This document shows positions 1 through 10,538 of a stretch of DNA of 64,000 bases, one piece after another. Each line of letters opens with the position of its first letter. Position 1 is the stretch's first letter. Origin of the DNA: an uncultured Gammaproteobacteria bacterium (GTDB lineage Bacteria > Patescibacteriota > Microgenomatia > UBA1406 > GWC2-37-13); the NCBI GenBank assembly GCA_964562055.1, contig CAZLSE010000001.1, positions 28,062 through 92,061 of the forward strand, given 5' to 3'. The translations under genes and the position numbers were made by a program. The notes beneath the pieces are model-generated. The model did no database searches. It was not told where the DNA came from and was given only the letters and a program-made list of their open reading frames with translations.

Positions 1-1448
1 GTCGCATCTTCGGAATATGACTTACCCTCTATAGTTGGCATGAGACTTTTACCAATAATAAATGATGCGGTAAGCTCACGTCCAACTGCTTTATCGATTG
101 AGATACCCAACAAGCTCGCAAGACCCGATGAGATAACGGCCTGTCCTGAAGGTAGTGCAGAAAAGGCTAGCTTATCTGTTGATGGTTTTGTAGTTGCCGA
201 TGCTGATGACTGTAACATAACCATCTCAATTCCTGATGAATCGCTTGATACGACTACAGCGTCATATAACGATGGAGTTTCTTCAATTTCGGCACTCTCC
301 GTTGCCTCACCAAGCACGCTTGCTTGAACTGTGCGAAGCACTGGCGACAATTGTAAGTCCTTTTCCTGTACACACCCGCTTTTCCATAAATGGACTCCGT
401 TTTCGTTTAAAATAGGATCATATCCTGACTCTGTATTTTGCTGGTATAACGGAAATGCAGCGTTTGCCCATTTGCCTAAGTAGATATTTCGCACACTATC
501 ATATCCTGCTTTTCCGTACTCATCAAAAGGACTATACTGTGATCCCCATATGGTTTTTCCCCGTGTGCCACCTTCAAATCGAGTGGTATATCCTAGCACC
601 TTACTCCCCACATCGCATGATTCCCATACGGGAATATGTTTCTTGGGTAGAATTGAAATATCAAATGCAAAATCGGATCGTTGTGTCCCCAATGTGCCCG
701 ACTCGATTTGTGTTGATATGCCTGCTACCGTGCCTGTTGTATGTATGTGTGATTTGGTTTTATCAAACGATTGGTTATCGTCATACAACTTACCACGGAT
801 AACTCGGGTATTTAAGGTGTTCAGATAATCCCGAGGAGCAGCATACACCAGCACATCGGTCGATGCTTTGTTAATGGTAATTTTTCCTACAGTAGATACC
901 AATGGAATTACCTTTTCTACTGCAGAAAAATTGGCAATTTTTCCATATGCAATTCGATCAAGTCGTAATGCCGTATTTTCACTTGATGACACATCTACCA
1001 TTCGAAGTTCGTTTAATGATGCGATACGAGAAATGACTAGCCGCTCAATACCATACCCCAGTGATAAAAGGAGTACGATAATCCCGATACCTACAGACAT
1101 GCCCAATATGGTAATAAACGAACGTGTTTTTTTTGAGAGTAGATTTTTAAACGCCAACCTAATGAGATAGCTTCGTTTCACTTCAGAGGTACGCATATTA
1201 TCAAGCTTGAGGCTTAATAACCCTTCATAATGCATAATAGTCTTACCCGTCGGGAAGTTAAGTTTAAGCAGAATATTGCCGAGTACCGGAATAAATAATA
1301 CTTTTGAAAGTAATTTTCCCGTAATGAATACGATGAGTAAGACAAAAAAAGTAGAAAAAAGGTATATTGATCTACCCATAGTTACCCAGAGGTCTTTTGA
1401 GAAGATCCGTTTTCCCACGTGGATAATAAATTGAATTATTTTCTGCAT
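1..1448 (-). CDS. ABC transporter permease, FtsX/MacB-like with large extracytoplasmic domain (partial, runs off left edge)
   Basis: Absent from the ORF track because no stop lies in the window. My reverse translation from the ATG at 1448 was checked stop-free down to about base 361 (not re-checked for bases 1-360): MQKIIQF...MRTSEVKRSYLIRLAFKNLLSKKTRSFITILGMSVGIGIIVLLLSLGYG.... This is the typical FtsX/MacB N-terminal TM1 signature. It starts 4 nt after the stop of the ATPase gene. Confidence 0.75.
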   Translation of the reverse strand, partial: MQKIIQFIIHVGKRIFSKDLWVTMGRSIYLFSTFFVLLIVFITGKLLSKVLFIPVLGNILLKLNFPTGKTIMHYEGLLSLKLDNMRTSEVKRSYLIRLAFKNLLSKKTRSFITILGMSVGIGIIVLLLSLGYGIERLVISRIASLNELRMVDVSSSENTALRLDRIAYGKIANFSAVEKVIPLVSTVGKITINKASTDVLVYAAPRDYLNTLNTRVIRGKLYDDNQSFDKTKSHIHTTGTVAGISTQIESGTLGTQRSDFAFDISILPKKHIPVWESCDVGSKVLGYTTRFEGGTRGKTIWGSQYSPFDEYGKAGYDSVRNIYLGKWANAAFPLYQQNTESGYDPILNENGVHLWKSGCVQEKDLQLSPVLRTVQASVLGEATESAEIEETPSLYDAVVVSSDSSGIEMVMLQSSASATTKPSTDKLAFSALPSGQAVISSGLASLLGISIDKAVGRELTASFIIGKSLMPTIEGKSYSEDA

Positions 1449-1451
1449 AGA

Positions 1452-2249
1452 TTACAACTGTAACTTCTCCAAAAAATGAGGGTCACGTACGTTTGCGGCG
1501 TCTTGACCTCCAATTGACTTTTTTCCCCCTTGCATATTGCTGTCTTTTAGTTTTTTCTTGGGTTCATACTCTTCTACTACAAGACCATCAACCATATGAA
1601 AAATTTTTGTCGCATATTTCAGATACTCAAGGTCGTGAGTAACCATGATCACTGTCTTACCCTTTTCAACGAGCCCCATAAATGTATTGAGCAGATCCTG
1701 TCCCGATATGGTATCAAGGTTTCCCGTCGGCTCATCTGCAACAATCATGAGAGGATCAAGCATGAGTGCACGTGCAAGACTGATTTTTTGCTGCTGACCT
1801 GAACTTAAGGTTGTTGGGACATACTCCGCCCAGTGCTCCATCCCTACATGCTGTAAAACCTCATGAGCTTTTTTGTCAATCTCTTCATCCGGCATATCAA
1901 GTAGATGAAGAGGAAATTTGACATTTTCTATAACATTGAGTGCCGATACCCACAATGGCTGCTGATAAATAATACTTACATTGTGTCTCCGATACAGTGA
2001 CCGCTGATCTTCGGTAAGTGAATAAATGTCTTGTCCTTCCATTTTTACTAGTCCTGAAGTAGGTTGTTCAAGCCCAAGAAGACAATGGAGCAATGTCGAT
2101 TTACCACATCCCGAAGGTCCAAATATAATACCAAACTCACCCTGGTCCACCCGAATGTTTATCCCCTTTAGTACTTCAACCACTCCATCACCAACAGGAA
2201 AAGACTTTTTAAGATTCTCAATTTCTAATAGTCGTTTATTTTCTGCCAT
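1452..2249 (-). CDS. ABC transporter ATP-binding protein (MacB/LolD-like)
   Basis: Walker A GPSGCGKST, ABC signature LSSGQQQKISLARAL, Walker B IVADEPTGNLD, H-loop VTHD. Its start lies 1 nt after the stop of the giant upstream ORF. Confidence 0.9.
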   Translation of the reverse strand: MAENKRLLEIENLKKSFPVGDGVVEVLKGINIRVDQGEFGIIFGPSGCGKSTLLHCLLGLEQPTSGLVKMEGQDIYSLTEDQRSLYRRHNVSIIYQQPLWVSALNVIENVKFPLHLLDMPDEEIDKKAHEVLQHVGMEHWAEYVPTTLSSGQQQKISLARALMLDPLMIVADEPTGNLDTISGQDLLNTFMGLVEKGKTVIMVTHDLEYLKYATKIFHMVDGLVVEEYEPKKKLKDSNMQGGKKSIGGQDAANVRDPHFLEKLQL

Positions 2250-2250
2250 A

Positions 2251-5200
2251 TCATCTCAGTATAGTGGCTCCCTTCAGAAAGCCAAATGTTTTTGATAAGT
2301 TTTCAATAACTAGATTTAGTGCATCTTTAGTTGATTTCGGTGTAATAATAACGGTATCGAGTGACTGGCCAAGGTTATTCGCCTTATCTTTTGATAATGC
2401 GCGCAGATGATAAATTTTTGATGGACTGAGCCCGGTAATGGTAACGGTGTGGTTGGTGGTTTTATTCGTATCTTCTTGAGTTGTTTGATTATATGTAGAC
2501 CCTGTTCCCTGTCCGTATTCCACCTGTGTTGTTGCAGGCTCATCGGTGTCCCATGTTACTACTATCTGCGCACGTGCACCTTCCCCAACTCCAATAATAG
2601 TTGACTCTACATTAAGATTTTGTATTTCCGGCGGACGTACATCATTTGCTGTTTTTAACGTGCGCGTCTCCATCTTTGCTTCATTACCAACCGCATCTTT
2701 TCCTTTGATCAATATTGTGTAGTCCATTTCATCTGCGAGATTATTAAGTATTACCTCATGATTCCGCTTAAGCACAAGACTAATGTTGTCGGTTGCAAGT
2801 TGAGGCGTGTTGGTGGGATAGTACGTCACAATTGAGTTAATTGGTGTATTGGAAGTCCATAATAACCGAATGATGGCTGTCGGCATGCCCACCACCTGCT
2901 GCACCCGAATATTGGTTAATTTTGGAATGGGTAATGTTTCAAACGTGTAGTCATCGCTGTAATATACGTTAGACTCATCGTCCTCACCTGCAATACGCAT
3001 GTGATAGAGTGTGCCTTCTGTTAGATTTGTAATTTCAACGGTATATGCTGTTTCAGTTTTTGAAGTGGAGATACTTTCAACGCTCCCATAACTAATTGTT
3101 TTTCCATATTGCACCGATGCCTTAATAGCGCTTTTGATAGTAAATGTAATCTGAGCTGAGTTTATATTTACCCGTGAAAACTTTACATTCGATACAAATG
3201 GTGCCGCATTTGTCGTGAAGCTTAATTCTTCTGATTCTCCTGTATTACCATCTTCATCTGTCCACAATACCTTGTAGTAATAAGTCGCACCTGGATCAAG
3301 ACTGTTTAGTGATATGCTATGTGCAACTACCTGATCGGATGAACCTGCTTCATTGTTGTAATCGCCTGATGTTTTCCCATACTTAACAAACGAGTTACTT
3401 GTTCTGTCAGTTGACCATTCGATTACTGCTGATTTGGTTTTTACTGTAGCAGACACACTAGATACGAGGGTAGGTGCAATTTCCCACTTTCCATCTGGCA
3501 ACATGTGTACAGTAGTTGAAACTGTAGAACACTGATTAGTAATGTTGCATGCTTTTACACAATAATAGTTTTCAACTTGTGTAAGGTTGGTATGAACAAA
3601 CGATGTAAGTCTGGTTTCGGCAACTTTTGTAAACGATTCAAAACCAGTGGTACAGCTCGCATCAGCGGTTGTGGTATGGTATACGTTGTAATACGATACA
3701 CCCGCTGAACCGCTTGAGGCAGGCTGATCCCATGAAACTACCAATCTCCATTTTTCTTCATCTTTAACAGACAGATCTGCAATATCCATATTGGTAGGCA
3801 CTCCAGGAGCCGATGTGTTTGCATAGAAATTTACCGACGTATAGGCGTTATACGATATATTCCCCACCTCATCTTTTGCCACTACATACATGGTGTTTTC
3901 ATCCACCTGTGTCGCATACGTACCTAATGGTAAATACGTTTGTGAACCGACAAGGGTTACATTCTGTGCAGTGGGAAGTGCGTTTACTGAATAGTAATAC
4001 CGTAATCCGGCCTGTGTACCTCCAAAATATGCCGGAGGATCCCACGTGAATGAAAATTCACCGTTAGTACTATTTACCGGGTTCACCTCAAGATTTTGAG
4101 GGGCGCTTGGAGCGGTTTCTAATAGTTTATATACGACTGTAGCATAGGTTGACGCATAATTACCTGCAATATCTTTTGCCCGAAGATAGAATATATTGTT
4201 ACCTTCCTGATATGCAGATATACTTGCAACTGAGGTATCATTTGTGCATTGTTCAACTGAACCAATCGCTCCTGTTTTATAACAATAGCTTACATCGGGT
4301 GTTCCTCCACTCCAGGCAAATGTGTATGAGTTAATATTTGATGGACCAGGTGGATCGACAGTGAGAGTGGTAGGATTGTCGGGTCGCTGATCGTTAAATT
4401 TATAGATAAATGCATCATAATCAGTCGTACTTATGTTACCTGCCTCATCCTTTGTGCGGACTTTAAGATAATATGTTTGACCAGCGGTAAGCCCTGATGC
4501 AGTATAGGTATTACCTGACTGATACACACCCTCGTTCACAACGTCAGCACTTGCTGATGCACCAAAATATACATAATATCCATCTATACCAGAGCCATTT
4601 GCGCTATCAGTTGCACCGTTAACCGCCCCTTCTAGTGGCCAGGCAAAATGGGGAGATGGATAGTTATACCACGTATTTGTGGTAAGCGTTGCAGCCATTG
4701 TGGATGTTGTATATCCGGTTACTTGCGAGGGGTTGAGTGGTGGATCTGCGTCTTGATAATAGGACACGCTAAAGTCATTAATAGTTGGAGAATAGATATT
4801 ATCCGAAGAAGATAATACAATTTTAACTTGAATATATCTTTTTGGTGTTGAGCTTATTTTATACGAACGTGAAGTTCCAACGGTTTTTTCTGAAACCGTC
4901 TGTTGCCATTCATCCCATGTTGAACCATTATCTGAACTACGCGTATACGACGTAATTACGGTTCCGGTTGGGACATTGGCAGTTACATGAAGACGGGCAA
5001 ATCGATATACCGAACTTAAATCAAACGTTGATGATATAAATTCACCGGTACTTTCAAATGATGTATTTGCTGTTTGCATGATGTAGGAATACAAACCGTT
5101 TCCAAATGTGTTTGTACCTGCTCCTGCAATTACAAACATTTTGTCTGTACCATTTGAAGCTCCGGCACCTCCGGACGTTATTTGAGCTGGAACATTTGCA

Positions 5201-8200
5201 ATTGTTGACCACGTATTTCCTGATAGTGAATACTGGAGTGCTGCATTGGTATTTATACCGCGAGTAGCATAGATACTGTCTCCCCCATCAACCAAAAATC
5301 CGCTATTCCCGATAGTCGATCCGGAAGGTAAATCAGCTACTACCGCATCGTTCCATGAGGCGGATCCAGAAAGGGGTCCGTATCGGTAAAATCCAAGTTG
5401 TGTATTACCTCGAGATGCATACAGGTAATCATCTTTAATAATCATGTCAGACCCATATTGTGCGGTTGCGGGTATATTGCTGAGAGCTGTACTCCATTTG
5501 GATCCTGCACTTCCCAGTCTGTTAAACCGGTAAAAACTTTGAGTCGATGCTCCTCTTAACCAATATATGTACTGGGAACCATCATAAGCAAGCGAACTCC
5601 CCTCACCTACATCAAGTGGCGGAGGATCGCTCACCTCTTCAGACCAGACGTCGGTTGCGATGTCATAAACATACAACCTTCTATTGTAACTATTTGCAGT
5701 AGCATAAATTTTATTTACGTCCGGGAGATATACTAATTCTGCTCCGATATAAAAACCGGATGGCGCATCGGCAAGTTTAGTCGTTTCACCCGATGTGGCG
5801 TTATAACGAACAAAAATATTGTCAAAATTTCCTCGAGTAATATAAAAGTTATTTCCATCTCCTTTTACAATATCTGCTCCAAGACTAAAATTGCGTGAAT
5901 CAGCTCCTCTAAACCAGCCGCCAAATAATCCAACCGTTGGTATGACCCATGAATTTTTTGCAATATTAAATTTGTAGAATTGTGTGTTGCCTCCCCCTCT
6001 TAATACATAGAGAGTCCCATTCACATTTTTTAAAGTTGAACCATTTCCAATTGAAGCTGGCGCATCTGGAAGGGTGCTCCATGTCTCGGAATCAATGTCG
6101 TATTTATAGAAATCCACTTTTCCGTTTCCACCCAGTAAATAAATTGCATTTGTTGTTGCATCATACTCAATGCGAGCACCACCGTTAGCGAGTATGGGAA
6201 GATTGGGTAATGGAGTCCATGTATTTGTAGCGGTGTCGTATTCAGCAAACCCCGAACGTGCGTTACCCTGTATTGCGTACACCTTATCATTCCCCTTGAT
6301 TGCAAGATCGCCTCCATTATAAATTAAATTATTAATCTGATTGTCAGGAGTACCAAAATCAACATTTGCAAGTACCTCCCACGAATCGGCCTGCGTGTCA
6401 TACCGCATAAAGGTGTCATCAGAGTTACCTTTTAATGCATAGATATATTGTGAACCGTCAAACACGCTTGCCCCACCATAAAACACATTTTGCGGCGCAT
6501 CAACTACCGCCCCGTCTGACCATGTATTTGCACTTATGTTATAACTCCAAAAAGCTGTTGTGTTTTGCCCGCGCAGTGCATATAAATATCCCGATGGACC
6601 TTCTACTACGTCACCTCCTATATACCCAACAGCTGGCATAGTTGCTTTTGCAGTCCATACGTCCGTTGCAATATTGTATTCATAAAACGTATTTGTGTTA
6701 CCTGGAAACATGTAGAGTTTATTGTCCGAACTGCTATATGCAAGGTCTGAACCATAATTTTTAGCAACCGGAGAAAGTGCGACCCGCTCTTGTTGCCAAA
6801 AACCTGCTTTTGACTCTAGCCGAATTGAATCGTTGGTAACGTTTACCGTGTCTGTCGTTCCTGTTCCAAATTCTGCACTAGTCGTTTGAGTAACGGTTTG
6901 AGGAGGGGATACTCCAATATAGGTATAAATAAAACCGGTAGTAGGAGATGATGTGTTACCTGAAGCGTCTTTAACTTGCAATCTCAAATAGTACGTTTGC
7001 CCCTGCGCCATATCTGCAGTGGTAGTATATGTGGACGTTGTTTGAAATGAGCCCTCTGATTCTGGATTTGCACCACTATCTGTACCATAATACACATAAT
7101 AACCTGACACAGCGCTTTCCGCATCGGCTGCCCCGGTCCAACTAAAATACGGTGACTGATACCGATAACTTTGACCGGAACTTATACTCACACCTCCGGC
7201 TGCCTGCGAAAGTCCGGAAAAACCTGTGGGGTTAGAGGGGTTGCCTTCATCACCAACATAATTTATTACAATCGACTGAAGTGTGGGGGTTTGTGTCCTG
7301 TCTGCTGTGGCAGACAGTGTTGCTCTAATCTGAATGTATTTTTTTACCGGTGAGGCTATTACACTACTTGCAACCGCTTCCCATGACGACCATGTAATTC
7401 TGTCTGCGCTTGTGCGCGTTTCAAACGTAATAGCTGAATCATTAGGGGTAGAAACTGTAGAGGTAAGCGAAGTCCAACTTGTGACATAGGTGAGGTCTAT
7501 TGTTTCACTTGTCCATGTGCCCGTTATTGGATAGTTATATGCGGTAGGAGTGTACTGATACATGTGGAGTATACTCTGCCCAGATAACGAGTATGCAATA
7601 CCCGTTGTTGAATCAATCTCAAGTGAACCACCGTTATACGGACCGAGGTCATTTGGCCCATATGTTTGGATATTGTCAAGCTGTCTCCATGTATTGGTTG
7701 CTATTGTATACTCGTAAAATCCATTTTTATAATATCCTGCCTGAAAAAAAAGTTTTCCTGAATAATAACTCACGTCTGTTCCATAGTATGGAGCAAATGG
7801 GAGATTTGATATTTCAGACCAAGTATCTGTACCAATCGCATATTTCATAAGCTTGCTCATACCGTTACCTGGTATGGCGTATATATCAGTTCCATCAGAA
7901 ATGAGGCGCGATCCAACCGCCGCATCTGCATTATCAGGAAGGTCGGCAACTGCTACATCGCTCCAGGTATTTGTTGAAATTTGATAGCGATAAAAACTTC
8001 GAGTAGTTAAACCGCGTGTGGCATAAATAAAATCACCCGTTCCCGGGTAGGCAAGAGTTCCACCTGCACCGATAGTTGCTGGTGCAACAGCAAGTGTGCT
8101 CCATGATCCGCCAACAGTATTATAACTGTAAAACGTTGTCGTGCCTCCTCCGCGCATATAATAAATAATGTCACCGGCTCGTACTCCTTTTATGTCGTCA

Positions 8201-9405
8201 TTAAATGCTCCTGTGGTACTGGTAAGGGCAGACCATGTGCCAGTTGAAATGTGATAGCGGTAATAATGTACCTGATTTCCCCCTCGGCTAAAGTACAGAT
8301 ACCCATTATGATAAATGAGGTCGGATCCCGTACCCGGCGTAGCATTGCTTGCTGGAAGATCTGTCGGGCCTACAAATGAATTTAAATCTGTATTATATTT
8401 CCAGAATTCATAAGAATTGTTACCACGAAATACATATATATAGCCATCTCCAGAATGATATACGCTACCAACATATCGCGTTGTTTGAGGTGTATTGGTA
8501 AGCGTCAACCAAGTGTTTGTGCTTATCTTATAGCGATAAAAGCTTTGAGTGCCCTGATCACGTGTTACAAATATTTCATCATTTTTTATAGTGATTGTGT
8601 GATCTTCATTCATTGCTCCGGGTGCCACAGCGAGAGCGGGGCCAAGGGTTGATGTGGTGTGCCAGGTATTCGCAGCTATGTTATACCGATACATTGTGGT
8701 CGTATTCGCGCCACGCAGTGCATATAAATTACCTGAGTAATACACTAGACCGGCGCCCACGCCGATTGTTAGTGCAGGACTAGATAACGTTGACCACGTA
8801 TTCGTACCGGGAGTATATTTCCAAAAATCCGAAGTTGTTGTTCCTCGCAAGCAATAGATGGCTGACAAATCTGTCGCACATGATGTGCCCCCATACACTA
8901 AATCAGGCATACTCGATCTGTTTTCCCACGTATTAGTCTCAATGTTGTAGCGCGCAAAATCTTTTTGATACCCTCCAAACTCTGCATATATATAGCCATC
9001 AAGATACACTAATTGCGCCCCGGGATATGAATATCGAGGCGCTATGGCAAGGGTCTTCCAGGTATTATTTACCGGATCATAACGGATAAAGAGATTGTCA
9101 GCATTGAGAAGGAGATAGATAAACGTTCCATCTGATGCAATTCCCACCTGATCACCAAGCAGTATATTAGGTGTCCGCCAGGCCCGTGCACCCCATGATC
9201 CATCTGCTTTTAACTTTATTTCACCCTCTTTAGTGGTCGCTTCAACACCAATTCCTTGCCCATTAGTAAAGTCAACCGATGAAGTAAGTGTTCTGCTTGC
9301 CGCTTGAACCGATGTAGGAAGTAAAGAAAAAATTTGTGTATATGCTCCAAATAAACTAACAGAGTGTAAGCATAAAATAAGCAACGAAACAATTCTTTTC
9401 CGCAT
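2251..9405 (-). CDS. Giant secreted surface protein (2384 aa): two Kelch-like beta-propeller arrays, jelly-roll-like modules, multiple FN3 domains
   Basis: N-terminal signal peptide MRKRIVSLLILCLHSVSLFGAYT. More than 20 blades end in Y/W-x-Y-x4-5-W (YRYNIETNTWE, WKYTPGTNTWS, YEYNIATDVWT and others). FN3-like units are present (SGYYVYYG...TYYLRLQVKDASGN, DGYYVYFG...TYYLKVRTKDEAGN). The C-terminus has tandem FN3 units of the IEWSTDRTSNSFVKYG...ATYYYKV type. Confidence 0.85.
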   Translation of the reverse strand: MRKRIVSLLILCLHSVSLFGAYTQIFSLLPTSVQAASRTLTSSVDFTNGQGIGVEATTKEGEIKLKADGSWGARAWRTPNILLGDQVGIASDGTFIYLLLNADNLFIRYDPVNNTWKTLAIAPRYSYPGAQLVYLDGYIYAEFGGYQKDFARYNIETNTWENRSSMPDLVYGGTSCATDLSAIYCLRGTTTSDFWKYTPGTNTWSTLSSPALTIGVGAGLVYYSGNLYALRGANTTTMYRYNIAANTWHTTSTLGPALAVAPGAMNEDHTITIKNDEIFVTRDQGTQSFYRYKISTNTWLTLTNTPQTTRYVGSVYHSGDGYIYVFRGNNSYEFWKYNTDLNSFVGPTDLPASNATPGTGSDLIYHNGYLYFSRGGNQVHYYRYHISTGTWSALTSTTGAFNDDIKGVRAGDIIYYMRGGGTTTFYSYNTVGGSWSTLAVAPATIGAGGTLAYPGTGDFIYATRGLTTRSFYRYQISTNTWSDVAVADLPDNADAAVGSRLISDGTDIYAIPGNGMSKLMKYAIGTDTWSEISNLPFAPYYGTDVSYYSGKLFFQAGYYKNGFYEYTIATNTWRQLDNIQTYGPNDLGPYNGGSLEIDSTTGIAYSLSGQSILHMYQYTPTAYNYPITGTWTSETIDLTYVTSWTSLTSTVSTPNDSAITFETRTSADRITWSSWEAVASSVIASPVKKYIQIRATLSATADRTQTPTLQSIVINYVGDEGNPSNPTGFSGLSQAAGGVSISSGQSYRYQSPYFSWTGAADAESAVSGYYVYYGTDSGANPESEGSFQTTSTYTTTADMAQGQTYYLRLQVKDASGNTSSPTTGFIYTYIGVSPPQTVTQTTSAEFGTGTTDTVNVTNDSIRLESKAGFWQQERVALSPVAKNYGSDLAYSSSDNKLYMFPGNTNTFYEYNIATDVWTAKATMPAVGYIGGDVVEGPSGYLYALRGQNTTAFWSYNISANTWSDGAVVDAPQNVFYGGASVFDGSQYIYALKGNSDDTFMRYDTQADSWEVLANVDFGTPDNQINNLIYNGGDLAIKGNDKVYAIQGNARSGFAEYDTATNTWTPLPNLPILANGGARIEYDATTNAIYLLGGNGKVDFYKYDIDSETWSTLPDAPASIGNGSTLKNVNGTLYVLRGGGNTQFYKFNIAKNSWVIPTVGLFGGWFRGADSRNFSLGADIVKGDGNNFYITRGNFDNIFVRYNATSGETTKLADAPSGFYIGAELVYLPDVNKIYATANSYNRRLYVYDIATDVWSEEVSDPPPLDVGEGSSLAYDGSQYIYWLRGASTQSFYRFNRLGSAGSKWSTALSNIPATAQYGSDMIIKDDYLYASRGNTQLGFYRYGPLSGSASWNDAVVADLPSGSTIGNSGFLVDGGDSIYATRGINTNAALQYSLSGNTWSTIANVPAQITSGGAGASNGTDKMFVIAGAGTNTFGNGLYSYIMQTANTSFESTGEFISSTFDLSSVYRFARLHVTANVPTGTVITSYTRSSDNGSTWDEWQQTVSEKTVGTSRSYKISSTPKRYIQVKIVLSSSDNIYSPTINDFSVSYYQDADPPLNPSQVTGYTTSTMAATLTTNTWYNYPSPHFAWPLEGAVNGATDSANGSGIDGYYVYFGASASADVVNEGVYQSGNTYTASGLTAGQTYYLKVRTKDEAGNISTTDYDAFIYKFNDQRPDNPTTLTVDPPGPSNINSYTFAWSGGTPDVSYCYKTGAIGSVEQCTNDTSVASISAYQEGNNIFYLRAKDIAGNYASTYATVVYKLLETAPSAPQNLEVNPVNSTNGEFSFTWDPPAYFGGTQAGLRYYYSVNALPTAQNVTLVGSQTYLPLGTYATQVDENTMYVVAKDEVGNISYNAYTSVNFYANTSAPGVPTNMDIADLSVKDEEKWRLVVSWDQPASSGSAGVSYYNVYHTTTADASCTTGFESFTKVAETRLTSFVHTNLTQVENYYCVKACNITNQCSTVSTTVHMLPDGKWEIAPTLVSSVSATVKTKSAVIEWSTDRTSNSFVKYGKTSGDYNNEAGSSDQVVAHSISLNSLDPGATYYYKVLWTDEDGNTGESEELSFTTNAAPFVSNVKFSRVNINSAQITFTIKSAIKASVQYGKTISYGSVESISTSKTETAYTVEITNLTEGTLYHMRIAGEDDESNVYYSDDYTFETLPIPKLTNIRVQQVVGMPTAIIRLLWTSNTPINSIVTYYPTNTPQLATDNISLVLKRNHEVILNNLADEMDYTILIKGKDAVGNEAKMETRTLKTANDVRPPEIQNLNVESTIIGVGEGARAQIVVTWDTDEPATTQVEYGQGTGSTYNQTTQEDTNKTTNHTVTITGLSPSKIYHLRALSKDKANNLGQSLDTVIITPKSTKDALNLVIENLSKTFGFLKGATILR

Positions 9406-9411
9406 TATTTT

Positions 9412-9440
9412 AAACTATCAGATTTTGAGGCTGTGGTCAA
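9412..9440 (-). promoter_or_regulatory. Candidate sigma70-type promoter of the giant gene, -10 box 6 nt from the ATG
   Basis: The minus strand reads TTGACC-17 nt-TAGTTT with TG at the extended -10 position. Six nt (AAAATA) then precede the ATG at 9405. No Shine-Dalgarno sequence is present. Confidence 0.35.
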
Positions 9441-9560
9441 TTGTATATTATAGATAGTTCTTTAGCCTATTCCAACGGTCTACCCGATATTCATGTAGCT
9501 TTGTAAAGCCAAAAAACGATATTCTTGCATTTTTTTCAATCGCTCCCTATACTTCGTTGC

Positions 9561-10530
9561 ATGAAACAGTATTTGGTTGGTGGATTACTGATTCTTTTTG
9601 GAGTTGGTATTGGCTAGAGCATTGCACTTCGCACCTATTCTCAAAACTCAAAACATTCTGTACAAATTTCATGTTCAAAGCACAGCCGTCTCACTGATCC
9701 ACTCATCGACTGTGAACTATACAGTCCACACTCACTCATACCTGCAACAACAGTTCGAAAAAAAATTGATCCGATTGTGGCACAATTCGACACACCTAGT
9801 TCCGAAATAGCAATTTACTTCCGTGATCTTAAAAACGGTCCACGGTTTGGTATTAACAAACGTGCACAATTTGCACCAGTTAGCCTCCTTAAGGTACCCA
9901 TACTTATTGCCTATCTTAAAAAAAGCCGAACAAAATCACCTACTCCTTACACAAGAGTTAGAGCTTGACGGAGACGTCGCGGTTGATAATACAAACAGCA
10001 TTGATCCGAGATTCCGCTTGGAAAAAGGAAAAAAATATACAGTTGACGCATTACTTAAAAATATGCTTTCTGTTTCGGACAATGCATCGTTTCAATTATT
10101 GGTTAAACACATTGAGCCAAGTTATATTCAACAAATTCATAAAGAATTAGACATACCCTACCCAGATGAAAACTCGCCTAACGATTATATTTCCGTCCGT
10201 AGTTATGCAGGTTTGTTTCGAGTGTTATACAACGCAACTTACCTCTCTCGAGAGACGTCTGAAAAAGCATTGACATATCTTCTCGATTCAAAATTTACTC
10301 AAGGAATTATCGCCGGAGTACCTAAGAACACACAAACAGCAATGAAATTTGGTATCTATCAAGAACAAAATAATGAAAGCAAAACTCAGCTCCATGAATG
10401 TGGAATTGTGTACGCAAAAGATCTTCCCTATGTTTTGTGCATTATGAGTAAGGGTTTGGGATTAAAAAATTCTATCGACTTACTCAAGCAAGTGTCACAG
10501 GAAGTGCATGATGGTGTAACCGGTAAATAA
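9561..10530 (+). pseudogene. Class A beta-lactamase-like serine hydrolase, disrupted by an in-frame TAG and a +1 frameshift in an A7 run
   Basis: One frame reads MKQYLVGGLLILFGVGIG-TAG(9615-9617)-SIALRTY...[18 protein letters not shown], containing the SxxK motif. After the A7 run at 9918-9924 the next frame continues AEQNHLLL...[13 protein letters not shown] (SDN motif)...AMKFGIY. Confidence 0.6.
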
Positions 10531-10538
10531 TACGTGGT

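Noticed and set aside
40-1170. Four + strand ORFs (40-327, 455-802, 550-828, 868-1170) in the track
   Set aside because: They lie antisense to a continuous, motif-bearing FtsX/MacB permease reading frame on the minus strand, and they have low-complexity, Cys/His-rich compositions. I treat them as shadow ORFs.
2316-8783. Small track ORFs on both strands inside the giant gene (e.g. 2316-2543, 3813-4049, 6030-6317, 8455-8652)
   Set aside because: All are nested in the 7.2-kb ORF, which has clear domain repeats. None shows a motif or start signal of its own.
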